Positions 44,155 to 45,283 of a stretch of DNA of 45,283 bases are shown here, in pieces. A program made the position numbers and the translations under genes. Each line of letters starts with the position of its first letter. Position 1 is the first letter of the stretch. Below the pieces are notes generated by a model. The model was not told the DNA's origin. It ran no database searches and was given only the letters and a program-made list of their open reading frames with translations. Origin of the DNA: an uncultured bacterium (GTDB lineage: Bacteria > Deinococcota > Deinococci > Deinococcales > Trueperaceae); assembly GCA_964590475.1 (NCBI GenBank), contig CAZPWN010000002.1:1-45283 (forward strand), written 5' to 3'.

Positions 44155-44832
44155 ATGGCTTTCAGTTTCGAGAAGCACATGGCAGGCATGGAGCGCCAGG
44201 TGACGGTGGGTACGCGTGAGGGGGCGGAGACCACCGTGCTGACAGCGGGCCGCACCTACGGCGCCACCGCCACCGAACTGTGGGACGCACTGACCAGCAA
44301 GGAGCGGCTCTCGCGCTGGTTCCTGCCGGTGTCCGGGGACCTGAGGCAGGGCGGCCGCTACCAGTTCGAGGGCAACGCCGGCGGCACCATCGAGGAGTGC
44401 GTGGAGCCGGAACGCATAAGCGCCACCTGGGAGTTCGGCGGCGGCGTCAGCTGGCTCACGCTGCGACTGCTGCAGCAGCCCGACGGCACGAGGCTGGAGC
44501 TAGAGCACGAGGCGCCCGTCATGCCGGGCTTCTCCGACGTCTACGGCCCCGGCGCCACGGGGGTCGGCTGGGACGGCGGTTTCCTGGGCCTCGGCATCCA
44601 CCTGGAAGACCCCGAGACGGGCAGGTCGCCAGAGATGCTGGCCGAGTGGCACACCACGGAGGAGGGCAGGGAGTTCTACGCGCGGTCGGCCGCGGCCTGG
44701 GGCGCGGCGGACGAGGCGGCGGGCACGCCCGCGGATGAGGCCCACGGCAGGGCGGAGAACACGCGCGCCTTCTACACGGGTGAGGTCAGCGGCATGGCCG
44801 GGGACGGGAGCGGGGCCGCCGAGGCCCCGTAG
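44155..44832 (+). CDS. SRPBCC family protein (AHSA1/Aha1-like) with extended C-terminal tail
   Basis: 225 aa from the ATG at 44155, with AGGAGAA 5 nt upstream. RTYGATATELWDALTSKERLSRWFLPVSGDLRQGGRYQFEGNAGGTIEECVEPERI fits the AHSA1-type SRPBCC domain that commonly partners ArsR regulators. Confidence 0.75.
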   Translation: MAFSFEKHMAGMERQVTVGTREGAETTVLTAGRTYGATATELWDALTSKERLSRWFLPVSGDLRQGGRYQFEGNAGGTIEECVEPERISATWEFGGGVSWLTLRLLQQPDGTRLELEHEAPVMPGFSDVYGPGATGVGWDGGFLGLGIHLEDPETGRSPEMLAEWHTTEEGREFYARSAAAWGAADEAAGTPADEAHGRAENTRAFYTGEVSGMAGDGSGAAEAP

Positions 44833-44839
44833 CGGGCGC

Positions 44840-45178
44840 ATGCACCCCTTCACCGTGCTCGGAGACCCGGTAAGGCGCCGCCTGGTGGAGGTTCTGGCCG
44901 GCGGCGAGCGCTCGGCCGGGGAGCTGGTCGAGGTGGTGGGCGCCGAGTTCGGCATAGGCCAATCGGCCGTGTCGCAGCAGCTGCAGGTCCTCCGCGAGAA
45001 CGGCTTCGCCTCGGTGCGGGCCGAGGGGCGCCGCCGCTACTACTCGCTGGAAGCGCAGCCGCTAACCGCCATCGGCGCCTGGCTGCAGCATTACGGCGCC
45101 TTCTGGTCGACCGCGCTGGACGAGCTGGCGCTGGAGGTGGAGCGGAGCAAGGATAGGGATGAGCGCACGGAGAACTGA
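44840..45178 (+). CDS. ArsR/SmtB family transcriptional regulator
   Basis: 112 aa from the ATG at 44840. MHPFTVLGDPVRRRLVEVLAGGERSAGELVEVVGAEFGIGQSAVSQQLQVLRENGFA is the ArsR winged-helix signature. Confidence 0.9.
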   Translation: MHPFTVLGDPVRRRLVEVLAGGERSAGELVEVVGAEFGIGQSAVSQQLQVLRENGFASVRAEGRRRYYSLEAQPLTAIGAWLQHYGAFWSTALDELALEVERSKDRDERTEN

Positions 45179-45216
45179 GGGCGGGTCACTTTCCGGCCTC
45201 TGACCGGCCTCTACCT

Positions 45217-45283
45217 TCAGTGCGGCGCGTCGAACAGGGTGCCTTGGCTAACGCTGCCCGGCACCCTGAACTCGCCGGCGTTG
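45217..45283 (-). CDS. possible 3' end of a minus-strand gene running off the window
   Basis: Minus-strand reading ...NAGEFRVPGSVSQGTLFDAPH then TGA (tca at 45217..45219). Only 21 codons are visible and no family can be assigned. Confidence 0.2.
   Translation of the reverse strand, partial: NAGEFRVPGSVSQGTLFDAPH

Overview
GC-rich (about two-thirds G+C by eye), densely coding bacterial chromosomal segment. I recognised no rRNA, tRNA, CRISPR array, transposase, integrase or phage genes. The GC3 bias produces many long shadow ORFs, so coding frames were chosen by motif content and normal amino-acid composition; shadow frames are Arg/Ala/Gly/Pro-rich. Some proteins resemble Deinococcus-Thermus types (7Fe ferredoxin, K+-independent H+-PPase), but the taxon cannot be fixed from this window. 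Left to right: (1) 5' end of a LivJ-type binding protein. (2) A minus-strand TetR / KASIII-like / ANL-ligase / alpha-beta-hydrolase operon joined by three 4-nt start-stop overlaps. (3) A tandem-USP gene abutting a 2847-aa cyclic beta-1,2-glucan synthase. (4) A lower-GC stress cluster: ChaB, CsbD, ferredoxin, H+-pyrophosphatase, phosphoglucomutase and two more USP genes, with short tandem and phased repeats in the intergenic DNA. (5) A large secreted transglutaminase-like protein that appears to carry Ser at the catalytic Cys position, divergent from a WYL regulator overlapping a nucleotidyltransferase plus GHMP-kinase pair. (6) A secreted DUF4139-like protein followed by a Gre-like factor. (7) Two paralogous PAS-GAF-HD-GYP proteins flanking a convergent SRPBCC gene. 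(8) DinB-like and DUF421 genes, a small membrane protein and an orphan sugar-ABC-permease remnant. (9) An envelope trio: J-domain membrane protein, TolB-like lipoprotein, thioredoxin-NHL protein. (10) A thioesterase and ABC exporter operon, divergent from an SRPBCC-ArsR pair with a perfect 22-bp palindromic operator. The best candidates for undescribed biology are the WYL/nucleotidyltransferase/GHMP-kinase module, the Ole-like minimal lipid operon, the Cys-to-Ser transglutaminase-like exoprotein and the J-domain/TolB/Trx-NHL trio. All functional calls come from by-eye motif recognition and need database confirmation.
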